Counted from the first letter of the stretch, positions 25,130-38,520 are shown. The stretch is DNA of 64,000 bases from Lama guanicoe (GCA_013239625.1 MU053994.1:2547589-2611588); one strand, 5' to 3'. Notes: generated from the letters alone by a model not told the origin. Translations and numbers: made by a program.

Positions 25130-26686
25130 CTGTAGAAGGGGAGGCACAAGGGGTACCCGAGTCTCCTCCAACCCTAGGAGATCGATCTGTCTGTCTGTCT
25201 ACCTGTCTATCTCTCTATTTATCCCTACAGGGCTAGTGGGGCAAATGTTATTTGCCTGTTCTCCAAATGATGACCGAAACTCTTAATGAGGTTTCAACTT
25301 AGAGCCTCATGAGTCTGAAACACAAGTGGGGAAACAGTGCGGCAGCACTATCTGTCCACCTGCTATTAGAGACCCTTAAACATTGACCTACCAGGGGTAG
25401 AAAGCACCCTTCTTTTTCTTACTGAAGTTTCAGTGGCTGAGTGGTTAAAGAAGAGGACTTAACATTTTAAAATAATGGTTATTCCAAAGTGGACACTTTA
25501 AAATGACTCGAGAAAGTTCGGTATGATAGTATAAAGTTAAGAGTCTGGGCTGTGGAGTGCCACGGAGCTGGTTGCAAATCCCAGCTCTGTCACCTGTTAA
25601 CTGTGTGACTTCAGGCAAGTTACTTATCCTCAGACTCCTCATCAGTAAATGGGGGCTAACTGTTCTCATCTCCCTTGAAGGGTGTGAGAAGTAAATGGGG
25701 TGATGCAGGTAAAGCACTTGCACGGTGCCGGGCACGTGCTAATAAACAGGCTATAGATGTTGGCAATTAGTATGTTGATGGTGCAAGGTGAGTTGGTCCC
25801 ACATAGGAGTTACGGACCGAGCCCCAGGCTTTGAGATACTAGATCCTACAGAACAACCTTGTTCTAGCATGCCTTATGTAGGATTTTATGGCCCTAAAAA
25901 TGACATTTTAGCAAGGCTTGGGGGTACTTCTTTCCTAAAATATTTCCAAATTTACATCCGAATGCAACAACTTTACCAAGCTACACAGCTCGAGAGTATA
26001 TTCCTGCCCAGGGACAAAAAGAGATGATGTATAAAAAAATGACTCGCCATAAGAATTCTAAAGAAAGAGACCTGTTCCCTTGAAAACACACACGTTTCAG
26101 TGGACAAGCAACCACGATGCTCCCTACAGTGCCGCTTGGAATGGCATTCCCAAGAAAGCACGTGGGAGGGGATGACGCCCCCCAAGGAGGGTCAGGGCTT
26201 TGTTCCTGATGGTGGTGGAATCACACACCTCAGCCTCACAGAATTAAGAAGAATTTTGTATGCACTGAATGGCCCCGATCAAAAGGCATGGTAGCCAGTA
26301 CCATCCCTGTCTCTGAACAGAAACTGACGTGCCCACCCACTGAAAGAAGTCAATTATGGATGCCACAAATGTTAACAAAGAACTTGACCAAGGGATCACT
26401 GGCAAACTAATTTGATGCAACGGAAGAGGAAAAAGAGGAAGAAAAACGTTGCTGACTCCAACTGTGGCTGAGAGGAACGTGCAAAGTTAGAGGGGCTTTA
26501 GTTGCCTCAAAACCAGGCAGAGTTTTTCTTTTCCATCACAAGGTATGTCCAGTCTGGCAGTTTCTCACCAACAGAAACCTGTCTCTTCCATATTAAGGCT
26601 TTATTCTAGTACTTAATTCCTTTCTTCAGAACTAGGAGCTGGCAGGGAGGCTCGGCTGCCTCCTTGCCACTGAAAGCTGTTTTTAA

Positions 26687-26721
26687 TTTCTTTTTTTTTT
26701 TCAATTGAAGTATAGTTGATG
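26687..26721 (-). mobile_element. Ultra-short L1 3' terminus insertion
   Basis: Poly(T) plus caattgaagtatagttgat between gaaagctgttt direct repeats (26672-26682 and 26722-26732). Confidence 0.75.
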
Positions 26722-26799
26722 GAAAGCTGTTTCTTAAAGTTGTATCGCGTACTATGGTGTTCTAGGCCCGAAGTGAGAAACAGCCCTTAGTGCCTCTCA

Positions 26800-28550
26800 C
26801 AACCCACTGCTGTCTCTTCACGGAGTAGGAGGCAGGGCTGGAGAAATAAACAGGGACCAGAACATGCTGGGCCTCACTGGCTTTGAAAAGGAGTTTAGAG
26901 TTTATTCTGAGGCCAACAGAAAGCCACTCAAGAGTTTTAGGAGAGGGAAGAGGGCCATCTGATTCCCATGTGAAGACCACACAGCCCGCTGTGTGAATGG
27001 ACCAGGGGTGACCAGAGCAGCAGAGGCGGCGGGGTGGGAGGTTGGCAGGAGAGGGTGAGAATTGTGACGGAGCCGAGATGAAGAGGACACCAAAAATACC
27101 TTGCAGGTACAAATGAGAGGGGTACTGGGGGGAAGAGATGAAGCAGGAAGGACTGTAGGTGGCTGGTGGTGGGGCGTGGGCGCAGGCTGGTGGGCAGAGC
27201 TGAAGAGTCCTGCTTGGGAAGTAAAGACCAAGTGCCCAGGATGTGATGACGTAGAGGCGTCAAGCAGCAGCTGGATGTGGGCATCGGGAGCTCAGAAGAG
27301 GGCGCAGAGCTGGGGGCACAAATCCGGGAGCCCTTAGCAGAAAGGTGGTTATTTCCTATTTCACCCCACAGGCGTGGGCGATACCTCCAAGGGAGGAGAC
27401 GAGGGACAGAAAAGGCCGACGGACACTCAGAAGGAGGCTGAGGAGGAGGAGCCAGGGAGATAGGAGGAAAGCCAGGAGGGAAGGATGTCACAGAGCCAGG
27501 ACTGCTTCAAGGGGAGTAGCCGGTACCGGTACCGTGGTAATTAGTGCCAAAGGTCTGAGGGGGAGGAGAACTGACAAGAGTGGGTAACTGAAGACTCAGT
27601 CCTTGGGCAGGTGGGAGAAGATAAGGTCTGACATACAAGTGGAGGCAGGGGTAGGGGGAGGTGGTAAGAAGAGAGACATCCTTCATCCTCTGCAGCAGAA
27701 GGAAGAAGCTGGTGTGCATGGAGGTAGGTTGGTAGGTCTGGTAAAAAGACGAGGCAGCATATACATGGGGGCATCCCTCGACTCCAGGAAGCAAGAGCAA
27801 GGTCAGCAGCTGGGACGACGGGTCGGGGAGCAGAGGTGGCAGCCTGGCGAGGGAGAGGCAGCAACCGTTGTCTCCGGGAACAGGAGCCTTGGGAGGGACA
27901 GGACCAGACTGCTAGGGCTAGTGATGAAGAACTGAAAGTGAAACCAGTCAGCTCCCTTGTGAGATTCTTGCCCGGAGCAGCAGATGATGGCCTTGTCAGG
28001 GCTGGAGTCGGGCGTGGCAAATGCAGAGAAAGGCGGAAAAAGGCCAAGACAACTGCAGCGGGACTGGACGGAATGGTGGCCCGTGGAATCTGGGCTGGTT
28101 GAGGAGACAAAGGGAGCGGGAGGGCAGAGGCTGCTGGGGATCAGGAAAACAGTGGAAGCCCCAAAGATGTGGAATGTGTACAGGGAGGAGGGGTTTGAAT
28201 AAGAGTGCCAAGGGCAAGCAGGATGTTGGACGCTGCAGCTTTCTGTGCTGACACAGTCTGGGGTGTGAGCGTGCAAGTGGGAGGCCGAGGTGGAAAGGAC
28301 CAGAGGATGCTCGAGCGGGGAGCCCAGGAACCGAGAAGAGGTTGGAGAGACATGGGGGTGGACTAGGGCCCCTGGTGGCAGCAATGAAAAGGGGTGAAGA
28401 GCGGCATAAACAGGTGGCATGGGCTTCAAGAGGACTGAGGGTTGGAAAGCCGCAGCAGAAACCAAACAGGTGAAGGATGGTCACAGTAAAGGATAGAATT
28501 TTAAGTTTTTTCTTTTCTAGGTAAAAGTAGAAGTTGGCAATTCTACAGCA
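26800..28550 (-). mobile_element. Long L2 LINE remnant
   Basis: Purine-rich plus strand characteristic of antisense L2; explains the many overlapping spurious ORFs here. Confidence 0.6.
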
Positions 28551-29364
28551 GTGATGAAAATAAAAGTGGGGGAAGAGGCTGTGCAAGTGTGGTGGGTTTA
28601 CTGGTCCATGAGAGCCAAGAGTCTGGGGGCCACTGATAATAGACCAACTTCCTCATTTTTGAGGTTAGGGAACAGATGCTGGCCCAATGCTGTACCACAG
28701 CAGCTGAGCTGGGATGCTGATCCCCGCTTCCCAGGCAGCAAGCCTTTGTCTGCTCGTAATGAGCATGTAGACTAGACTCCAGAAGTGAATTCGTGTTAGG
28801 AGGCTACTTTGACTGCCCCTCCCCACCATTACTGAGCTTCTGGTAAATATTAAAAAAATCAAAAAATTTCTTCAATCGTCCCAGCTAGTAAGTCACTTCG
28901 CCAAGATCCGAAAATAGGCCTATTAGGGGATTTCCTTCTATCTGGCTGCCTACCCGCCTCCCGCCTCCCCAAAGTTTTATTCCTTAGCTAAAGTTTAAGG
29001 CCCTTTCTGTTTTAGCCCTAATTTCCCTTGGCTTATTCTGCTGTCCCCATGGCCTCCTACAGACAAAATGAGCCACTCAGGGAGCCAACCGTCTGCTTCT
29101 CCCTCTGTGCCTGTGCTCATGATGCTCGCTCTACATCACGCCCCAGCGTCTCCTGTTGAAATCTATTTCACTAAGCTGCGTTGGGTCCAATATAACAGCC
29201 CCAAACCGCCCAGACACTTGACCCTAGATCAAACACACAATCTCTCTCTCTGCATCTGTTTGTGGGGCCCCAGCTTCGGTATAGACCCGACAGGCGTCCT
29301 GAGCTCCAGGTGACCCCCACCTGGTGGGCCACCTCCTTCTACCCTCCAGATCGCAGGTGCTTAC

Positions 29365-29499
29365 CTTAGCCACCTCCCAGGCGTCGACCGGCCAGCGGCC
29401 CGGTCGGCAGTTTCCCCAGTGGATGTCTCCGTTTCTGTTGGTGTGATGTTTCAAAATCTCCCGTTTCCACTCTGCGCACACCTGACACTGAGGCTGAAA
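29365..29499 (-). CDS. CXorf38: CXorf38 coding exon 2 (FQPQCQVC...WEVAK)
   Basis: 135 nt, cctatag acceptor, GTAAGC donor. Confidence 0.95.
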
Positions 29500-30130
29500 C
29501 TATAGGAGGCGGCGGTGAGGAGGGGCCCGGGAGGGAGGGGCGGTGTCTGGGCACCTGAGCCCCGGGTACTGAGGTCGGCCCCGCCCCAGGGAGGGCACGG
29601 GACACTGCGTCCGGGGTTGGGGCCTGGGCCGGGGTGAGCGTTGGTGGTCAAGGTCCCCGGCCAGGTGCTCACCTGGCGGGCGCGCGGGCTGCACCGGGAG
29701 CCGCTGCGGCAGGCGGCGCGGGGACCCAGGCTAGGGGCGGCGGCGAGAAGGCCGCGATGGAAGGCGAGCACCTCGCGGCCGACAAAGCCCTGCAGGCAGC
29801 CGCGCAGCAGCAGCAGGCAGTGGCCGGCCTTCACCCAGTTCTTGTACTCAGCGCAGTTGAGGCGCGCGGCCAGCTCGGACAGCACCATGTCCCGCTCGGA
29901 CAACGCCGCGTCCCGGAGGCCACGGGGCGAGGGGCGGGGCGGACGGCAGTGGGCAGGCGCGGAAGCCTGAGCGCGCCGGAGGCAACGGCGCCGCCGTGGG
30001 CGTGGCCCCGCCCGGAGGCCTCCACCGCGGGCGGGGCACGGGTGCCCGGGAGCGCCACGCAGCGTCTTAGACCCCCCCACACCCGGGGGCGGGGCATTCC
30101 GGTTTCCGCCGCACGTCCGCCCCGCCCCAG
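29370..30130 (-). promoter_or_regulatory. CpG island / CXorf38 promoter
   Basis: Very GC- and CpG-rich; GC boxes at 29931-29940, 30006-30013, 30029-30037 and 30086-30095; ETS-like TTCCGG at 30097-30102. Confidence 0.88.
29673..29888 (-). CDS. CXorf38: CXorf38 coding exon 1 ([22 protein letters not shown]...PRARQ)
   Basis: Recognisable CXorf38 N-terminus; 216 nt; GTGAGC donor. The six exons join in frame to 320 aa. Confidence 0.95.
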
Positions 30131-33100
30131 TCTTAGGTGACAGCAGACGTGTAGGTACTTTGTCCCGTGCTGTCCCAGAAAGCCTCAACCTGAAACTCCC
30201 CCTTCTCTCTTCCCCCAAACTGAGACCCCGCCAGCCCCCGTTTAACCCTCTTTTGTGAAATCCGTGTTCGTGCTTTTTATTGTAGAGATGTGGACGGTGC
30301 TCAAGGCATACTTCTTGAATTACGTATGTTCCTTGTGTTATACAATTCTAGAAAGTTTACTTAACTTGCTCCTAAGCCCGAAAATTGGTTGTAGCATATC
30401 TGGACGTTAGTGAAGTGTGACCGCTGGCCGCCTGGACGGCGCGCCTGTTCGGCGCACCTGTTCTGGGTCTTTGGTGTGCCAAGGTGACACAAAGCTCAGA
30501 AACATCCGCCATTGGGCCACCTAGCAGAGGGAAATAGGACGACACATCACCTGGATTTTGGAGGGCTGCATTGCCCCGAGTGGGATAAGGGCTTATTCCA
30601 CTATGGTACTGAAGCCTGGAGCTTAGATGATGATTTAGTACTCAATTATATGATATTTAGAGGTCCTTGCATAAGGTCTGAGTTAAGTTCAAAAAAGTGC
30701 CATGAGGCTCAGAAGACAATGGCTTGTCAACTCCAAATGACAAGGTCATCTCAATTTTAGTTGCTTTTAGTGAGCTTCTTGAGCTTGGAAAACATGTTAA
30801 AATTGTGTGTTGTCAAAAGGCTCTGAGTCTAAACATGGAAGACTTCCCCTGACTTTGTTTCACAGCAAAGTAGCAGTGATTAGGAGTGCTAGTTCTGGAC
30901 TCAAAATACTGCTTTGTAAGGTCACTGATCTTAAGCAATCCTAATTTGATCTCAGCAAATTATTTCATTTCTCTGGGTCTCAGTTTACTCATCTGTAAAA
31001 GGAGGTCTACCCCACTGGGTTGTTGTGACAATTAAATACATACTGAAATACTTAGAATAGTGCCTGGCAATATTAAGCTCTCAGTAAACATTAGGTATTA
31101 TTTTATACTGACCTAAATGTGCCCTTTCGTCAATCAGTTATATTCCTGGGCAAGGTATTTTAACAAGTCACTGGCCACCGGGAAATGAAGGTAATTTATA
31201 GAAAACTGTCAGCAGATCATGGTCTCCTGGAATTGTGCAGCACAATGCTGGCTGGCCTCTAATTTTTTTCTTAAAAACCTCAATACTAAATCCATCCCAA
31301 GTAAACTTCAAATCATTCCCTTAGACACACTGTCCATTCCCATTAAACCAAATAAAAAAGGAAATTCCATAAAGAACAATGAAATATATATTAACATTTT
31401 CCTTTCTGTCCCTTAAGCTCCCTGAATTTAAGTTCTCTTAAAATTTCTGTGTATTGACTTTATATCAAGCACATGTAGATGACAGTAAATTGGATTAAAG
31501 TAAAATGTAGTAGGTATTCTAGGGAAGAGACCATGAAAGAAAGGAACTACTTTTTATGTTGAAATTGGACCCAATTTTAGAGTAGCAAAATTATATTTCT
31601 TGAAGTTATCAAATTAACCATGATCTAATGAATGACTAACAAACCACTTAGTATCCTGTGGCTGAACAGGTTACTGTGTTAACTGCAACACAGTAACATT
31701 ATTAGTGGTGTTTAAATTCAAAATCATGTATATTTTAGTTTACACTTGCATTTAGCTCACTCAGAGTTAATTTTCAAACATAAGGTTCAACTCCTGTTAT
31801 TAATAATGTGCTATGTTCTGTTAAAGTTTTTATTTTCTTCCTAATTCTGAAAATACTTCTAATAATTCCAAAATGGCATTTCGTCAAATGGAAAAAATAA
31901 TGTGGCAAATCAAGACCAATTTCTTCTTTCAAAGTTAAGCTAGTACTAAACCAGACTACTAGCCAAAACATCTTCATGAAAATTAACTAGAGAGTTGGTA
32001 GTTCTCTGAAACTTGTATAAATTTTATTTATTACTGAAATTACTAAAATCACATTGAAACACATTAACGACCCAAACCACCTATTAGGAAAAATTCCTAT
32101 GGGCATCCAGTCCCCTTGATTGAACTTGGTTAACAAAAGAGGCAAAAGACATAGTTTGTGTTGAAACCTAAGATTCAAATGCTAAGTGTTTTTAAGCTGT
32201 AATAAAGTATGTACCAATTCCAAGTACCAAGTGTAATCAAAATTCAAATTCATGGGTTTACTCTTAATAAGCATCAAAAGCAAATTCTGTTCACTGAATC
32301 CTCTTACTTTTGATTTGCATAATGCATTCTAAGAGTATAACGAGGAAAAAAGCTATCCACCAAATGCATCATGTTCAAAAATGCAATTAACATTTCAAAA
32401 CCACATGTAAAAGGGAAAATACCTGAAAAGTTAACTCTATTAATAAAATTACTTGATACAATATTATCCTGTAGATAAAAATACATTTCTTGTATATACA
32501 TGTAGATTTCTACATGAAAGAAAGGATTCAGCTCCAAACAGAAAAGGGCTGACCCTTGATAAAGACATCCCAGACTGCCAAACTGATGTCACTGTAAGGA
32601 GAGCCGAAAACAGAAGGATAAAAGGTAAGTTAAGGGAAGGATAAAAGTTCAGTCACCTGCTTCTGAACAGCGGCAGAGTTGGGTGAGAAGCAGGAGATGA
32701 AGGCAGAAATAAGACATAGAAGAAAGGCAAAGAAGGCCTCAATTCTGACCAGAAATGAATGGAGAACCAAGCAAAGTTGAGAACAGATATGACAGAGCTG
32801 CAATGAGATGCTTGAAACTAGAATTTGCTGGTTGATAGTCACAGAAGCTCAATTAAATCATCTTAAAGTGGAATTAGACAAAGCATCTAAAATTTCATGG
32901 AGAACCAGTATTACAGATAACTCAGCATGGTATCGCCATTTAAAAAACTTTCCCAAATAACATCAAGTCACCAGAAGACTTCTGCTTTGGATCATGTTCT
33001 TTGAAGCTTAGAAAAGTTCCTGACTGACTGGGAGAAACAGCACAGTGCTCCAAAAAGAAACTCTGCTGAGATGTGTCAGTAACAGAAATTCCATTTGACC

Positions 33101-33723
33101 CTGGACAGGCCCTGGATCTTGGATTCTTCAAAGTGAGTGAACTGCACCAGGTTTCTTCCAAGTAAAAACATTTTATCGTTCTGTTGACAGTGAATTAAAT
33201 TGGGATTGTTTAGAACCACCCCAATTTTGGTGGGGGAAGGCAAAGGGGAGAAGTTAATCAAGATAAAGAAACGTCACAGGAATTTCATGCAAGGGTACAG
33301 CATTCAAGTTCTTTGTCCCCTGATTAATGCTGTATACGGAAATATCCTATAAACTAAATTTGCCTAACAGAAAAGCTCCCACATCCCAATAGATGAGAAT
33401 GCTTGCAGTACTGGAATCCTTGATCAATATGAACTACTCACTGTCTCTTCTCAAAGACTCCGTTTTTTCTTTTTCACCCAAATCCTACACTGAAAGACAA
33501 CCAAGGTGCCAAATGTTAACCACCAGTCAAGTTAGGAATGTTTGAAGAAAATAAATTAACCTTGAAACAAAGAAGCAGATGATTTGGTCAAATTTCAGAC
33601 ATATATTATTAGAAATTAATTACTGGCCCCACCAGGTTAAAGATGAAGGGAGGCCCTGAGAAGTCTACAGAGCTGATATACACACAAGTGAGTGTCACTG
33701 TTTTGTTTTTTTTTTAACCTAGT

Positions 33724-33729
33724 TTTATT
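33724..33729 (-). terminator. Proximal poly(A) signal of MED14
   Basis: Minus-strand AATAAA ~510 nt after the TAG stop. Confidence 0.6.
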
Positions 33730-34242
33730 AAATATTGCTTCCTTGGGATGTGTTTATAACAACTCCCAGAACATTTTCATGTAAGGATTCAAAGCGGTCA
33801 TATTAAAATACAGCTTCAATATAAAGTTTATCACAGTTTTACAGTATTCAAAAATGACAGACCTGCCTTAAAAAACAAAACAAAAACCAAAAAAGGACTA
33901 TTACACCCAAAACATAAGAAAACAATTAAATAAACAAGTTTGGCATTTCATAACTTTAAAGTATAAAACAGAATATTAAATCTATTACTGGCAAACGGAC
34001 ACTGATGTATTACCTACTTTGAAATGTGTCCCATTTAAACACACTATACAAATTCACTATACAAAAGATTGATGGTCTGTTTGATGAAAGAAATGCACCC
34101 TGAAATTTTTTGCCAGTTTAGAATATTTAGCTCTTAAAGTCAAAAAAGTCCTTTTTCTTTTTTAAACTGAAGGCTGAATTCAGATTTTTTTTTTGTTGTT
34201 TTGTCTCTTTTGTCACCCTTTCTGGTTTAAAAACAATAGTGT

Positions 34243-34316
34243 CTATGGACGCCCACCAGGGGGCAGTGTAAGATTAGCCATTAAATCACGAACAGCTGCA
34301 AATATTGTGCATTCAC
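34243..34316 (-). CDS. MED14: MED14 last coding exon (human exon 31 equivalent; ECTIFAAVRDLMANLTLPPGGRP*)
   Basis: Recognisable MED14 C-terminus; ttgcag acceptor; TAG at 34243-34245. Exon numbering is from recalled human structure. Confidence 0.95.
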
Positions 34317-36747
34317 CTGCAACAGAGAAAAATGGTCATTAGCTATTCGCAATACAGGAAAGATGATGTTAACACACCGGTGGGGGTAGGGAAAATTAAA
34401 TCTAAAATTAGCAAGAACTTTAAAGATCAAAATAATAGACTAAATTTTAACTGCACAGATTATAGGGGATTAAGCTTCTTGGTTTGGGTTTTGTTTTTTC
34501 CTCATGAGCACATTTTGGACAACTCACAGTTAGGTCTGAATCTAAGACAATATGCCTAGAGTTTCTCTACAGAAACACTGGAGCATTGGATAAGCCTTTG
34601 AAGTTGGACTTCAAGGCTACTGTTGACCTTTTTTTGCATCTAATGAAAAGATCTAGTTTTATATTTATGCATTAGTTGCAACATCAATGGTGTCCTTCTA
34701 ATGTTGCATTAAAGGCCAGGTAAAAATGTCTATGACAGCACTGTCTAATAAAACTTTTGTGATGACAGAAATATTCTAAATGTGTACTGTGGTTACTGAG
34801 TACTTGTAATATAGCTAGTGTGACTAAGGAACTGAATTTTAAATTTTATTTGATTTTAATTAACTTAAATAGCCATATGTGGCTGGTGGCAGTTATACTA
34901 AACAGTGCAGTTCTGTGACATCTTTTGTTTTCCCCAAATTTCAAGGAAATGGTCAACTTCTGGAGTTCAACGTTAAAATCAATTAATACAAAAATAGTGA
35001 TTTTCCTTAAAAACACTTCGAGGGGAGGTTGGGAGAGGCTTATGATTCATCTTCTCAATTTCCCCTTTGCTCAAAGAAACCAAATGCCCTGCCTCTTACT
35101 TCTTGCATATAATACAAATATTTCAATACAGTAAACCCAAACCAGCTGTAAATACTATAAACCCCAAACTGGATCCCTTCCCTAGAATGTGGCCTAACGC
35201 TCCAGTGGCTAAAAAAAGCAAGGGAGGTGAAGACCTCAATGAATAATGGTCTTCTGGCAAAGGGCAGGCAGTGATCCTGTGCAAGTTACTGCAACCTTCT
35301 CTTCAACCACTGGAAAATTAAGGTACAGAAAGAAAAAGCCAAAGGTTTATTAACTAGTCTAAAGTACAAATAAAAGAAAAAAAAAGAAAAACACTTGCAA
35401 AATATCCCATCAATTTCTTAAATAAAAGAAGTTCTATCCTCTTCTTTTAAAAACACATTTTCATTATTGATATGTAGAAAAATTTGCTGGATCCCAACAG
35501 GATTAAAACATTGTCCTTTAAACTTTAAATTCCATGAGACATAATGATAGTCATCCACTTGTGAAGGAATGGTGTCTATTATCAAACTTATACTAAACGG
35601 CTACTTTAAAAATACTGATAGCTTTAAACCTTGATTCTGAAGGACTTATTTTGAGCTGAAAGAAGAAAGAGATAAGTCAAAGGATGAAAGCAGAAAATTG
35701 TAAGAAGTAGAAGAAGCATTACAACAAAAGAAGCACACCCTTCTCTACTGCCCAGTGCGTTCCTTATAAATTAGACTTAGTGAGAACTTGCCTATGTACA
35801 CGATATGGGGCAACAAATAGCTAAAAATATAATTTCTCCCATGATTCCTGTGTCTAATCAGATTTTGACACTGTGGTACCTAAAAATGTTTCAGAGAACA
35901 ACTTTCCCTCATTTAAAAACATAATTCTGTTATCATACTATTCTAAGCAGAAAGATATAGAGGACTTCCTTAATATTAGAAATGAGCAAAATTAAATTTC
36001 CTTCATGTCAGAAACAAGCAGAATGGAAGACAAGTTCTCTTTGCTGAGCTGTACGTTTTATAACCAAAAATTTAGCACTACCAGGAGTTATGTGTTAAGA
36101 CAGGCTACTCCAGTATTGAAGGAACCTTGTTTATCTGCCAGAATCATTCTGGTCTCCTCGAAAATGTTCAGTTTGAGAGCTTCATTGTGCACTTGGTGAA
36201 AAGGTTCACTTGCACCCGCCTGACACTTATATAAGAAGCCCAAAAAGCAGTGATGCCATTTGTATCAGCTTTTATTCTTCACAAAACATTTAGAAGGTAC
36301 AGAACTTTGAATGATATTATTCTATTCATGATTGAACCATGAAATATGAGAAACCAACATGCATTTTAATTTGGTGATGTACAGAGTGGCAGGTATCGAT
36401 GGTGGGGCAGGAATTCACAGCCATGGAAAATTCTATCATCCTAGCCTAGGGCTTTGTGGCAATGTATGCTATAAATACAAGCTTCTGGCATTAGCAACTG
36501 GGTCAGTCCCAATAGTAAATCACTAACAAAAATAAAGTCCAGGCAGCAGAGACATGGACAAAACTGAAGAACCAGTGAGAAAGGAAGAAAAGCGACAGGC
36601 AGACATTAAGAGGCCACGGCAACCAGAGCTCTATTACTAGGACTAGGGGGCGAGGTGGGTAAGGAGGGAGCAGAGGGGAGAAGGAGGATCTCTCAAAAGA
36701 ACGTTTGTAACATATATGCAATAGAACATCATCTACCGGTCATGTAC

Positions 36748-36940
36748 CTTGTCGTGGTGGGTTCATCTCTGCAAACCTCTTCAGAATGTTGCTGACCATC
36801 ATGGGAGCAGCAACAGAAGAGTTCTGCTGTCTGGGAATGTCTGCCTGCTGGGTGGTACCTGAAGCCATGTCATAAATGATTGGAACTATAATACTAACAG
36901 GTTCTTGGGGAGGGACTGATGTTTTCTGAGTTAGCTGAAG
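36748..36940 (-). CDS. MED14: MED14 exon 30 (LQLTQKTS...NPPRQG)
   Basis: 193 nt, AG/GT bounded, in frame. Confidence 0.95.
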
Positions 36941-37312
36941 CTGTAGACAGACAACACACACAAAAGAGAATAAAAACATAGTAAGAAAATAAAACACTTA
37001 TTTAAATGTATCAAAGGTACTATCATTTACTCTACTGTCAGATTAAGATACACCAAGCAAGAGAAAATTAAATATAACAAGAAAAGTGACAAACAACTGA
37101 ATATTATGATTAAGACGCAACTGTGTCACACAATTATCTAGTTGAATTTATTTCTTACTAAAGGAACCAGGATTACACGAAGCCTAAACTGACATGTAAG
37201 GAACGTGGGCCTATATTTGGCAGCAACAGATAATTTCTGCAGTTATCCAAAAGATGCTCTACTATCCTTAAATGGCTTTTCCTTTAGAAGCTCTGCATGT
37301 GTGTGTACGTGT

Positions 37313-37348
37313 ACACACACACACAAACACATACACACACACACACAC
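37313..37348. repeat. (CA)n microsatellite, read as (UG)n in the MED14 pre-mRNA
   Basis: Direct read. Confidence 0.9.
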
Positions 37349-37364
37349 CCCAGGTGGTACTTAC

Positions 37365-37490
37365 AAAAAATAGCATTTTGGATTTCAGCACCACAGCAGG
37401 CGTCCCAGGAGGTGCAATTGGTGGTGCGCTGGGAGGGATCGTTAGGCAAAACTGAACATTCCATTTTAGCTGTGTTGCCTGGTCAGGAAA
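37365..37490 (-). CDS. MED14: MED14 exon 29 (FPDQATQL...KMLFF)
   Basis: 126 nt, GTAAGT donor. Confidence 0.95.
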
Positions 37491-38520
37491 CTGTTTTGGA
37501 AAAAAAAAAAAACATGAAAAAGTCATATGAACATTTAAAATTATATTCTAGTGTAGGAGTCTGAAAGGTTAGATGGAATTTTATTTTATACTCAATTATC
37601 AATACATCATAAAGTTGATAATGTGCATTTTTTTCAAAGGAAATATACATGTGAAGTTACTAACTCAAAAGTCAGCTCTGGATTTATGTTCCCCTTCCTT
37701 TCCTCCTACTTCATTAATTCCCCAGGCCTGTGGATTCTCCCTCCTCAGTGTCTCTGACATCTGTTCCCTCCTCCTCTCCATTTTCACTGATGTCACTGAG
37801 CTCAGGGCTCTGTTACTTCTCCCATGGCCCCACCAAAGGTCCCTTACAGCAGCTGCCTCTCCCAGTCCATCCTTACACCACTACCAGACAGATGTCCTAG
37901 AGCCTGGTTCTAATCTATCTCACAAATGTTCAATGACATGCAGTGATCCATGCTGTCGCACCCCCCCCACCCCCCGCCTAAGGACCAACACTGGCATTGA
38001 AGGCATTTTTCTAACTGGTGCCAATCTAAACTTCCAGTCTCATTTCCAACTCCTTCCCTTAAAAAAACTAGTCAAACTGCATTAATAATTTTAAATTATA
38101 GCCACTGGTGCTTTTTTAGCCACATAAATATTTACTCCTTTAAAAACTCAAATGGATTTTTTAACATAATGTTTCCTATAGCCTATCAGAGCAGAAGCCA
38201 AATGCTGAGGCTATTTGTTACCAAAGGAACACTGATTGCTGTCCCAATATTAAAACACCAACTGAAAAAAGGAGTAGGGTACTGGGAACTATCCAAAGCA
38301 ATATTAGAAACATTAAAATGAAAGGACTACTGTAAGATTGGAAGAATAAATTAGCTTCTACCTGGATTTCAGCTATATAATTGTATACTTTCATAGGAAA
38401 GAAGAGGTGTTAAAAATCTCCCCAGAGAGGACAGATTTTTCAGTAAATGGCATTAGGGCAATTGGGGCATGTGAAAAAGCTGGATCTATGTCTCACCATT
38501 TGACATCCAGATATATTTTA

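Noticed and set aside
26762..28586. Cluster of 110-220 aa ORFs on both strands
   Set aside because: They fall in a compositionally biased L2 remnant and give low-complexity peptides.
29451..30218. 255-aa ORF as an N-terminally extended CXorf38
   Set aside because: It starts at a non-ATG codon in GC-rich promoter DNA and reads through the intron; only 29673-29888 is CXorf38 exon 1.
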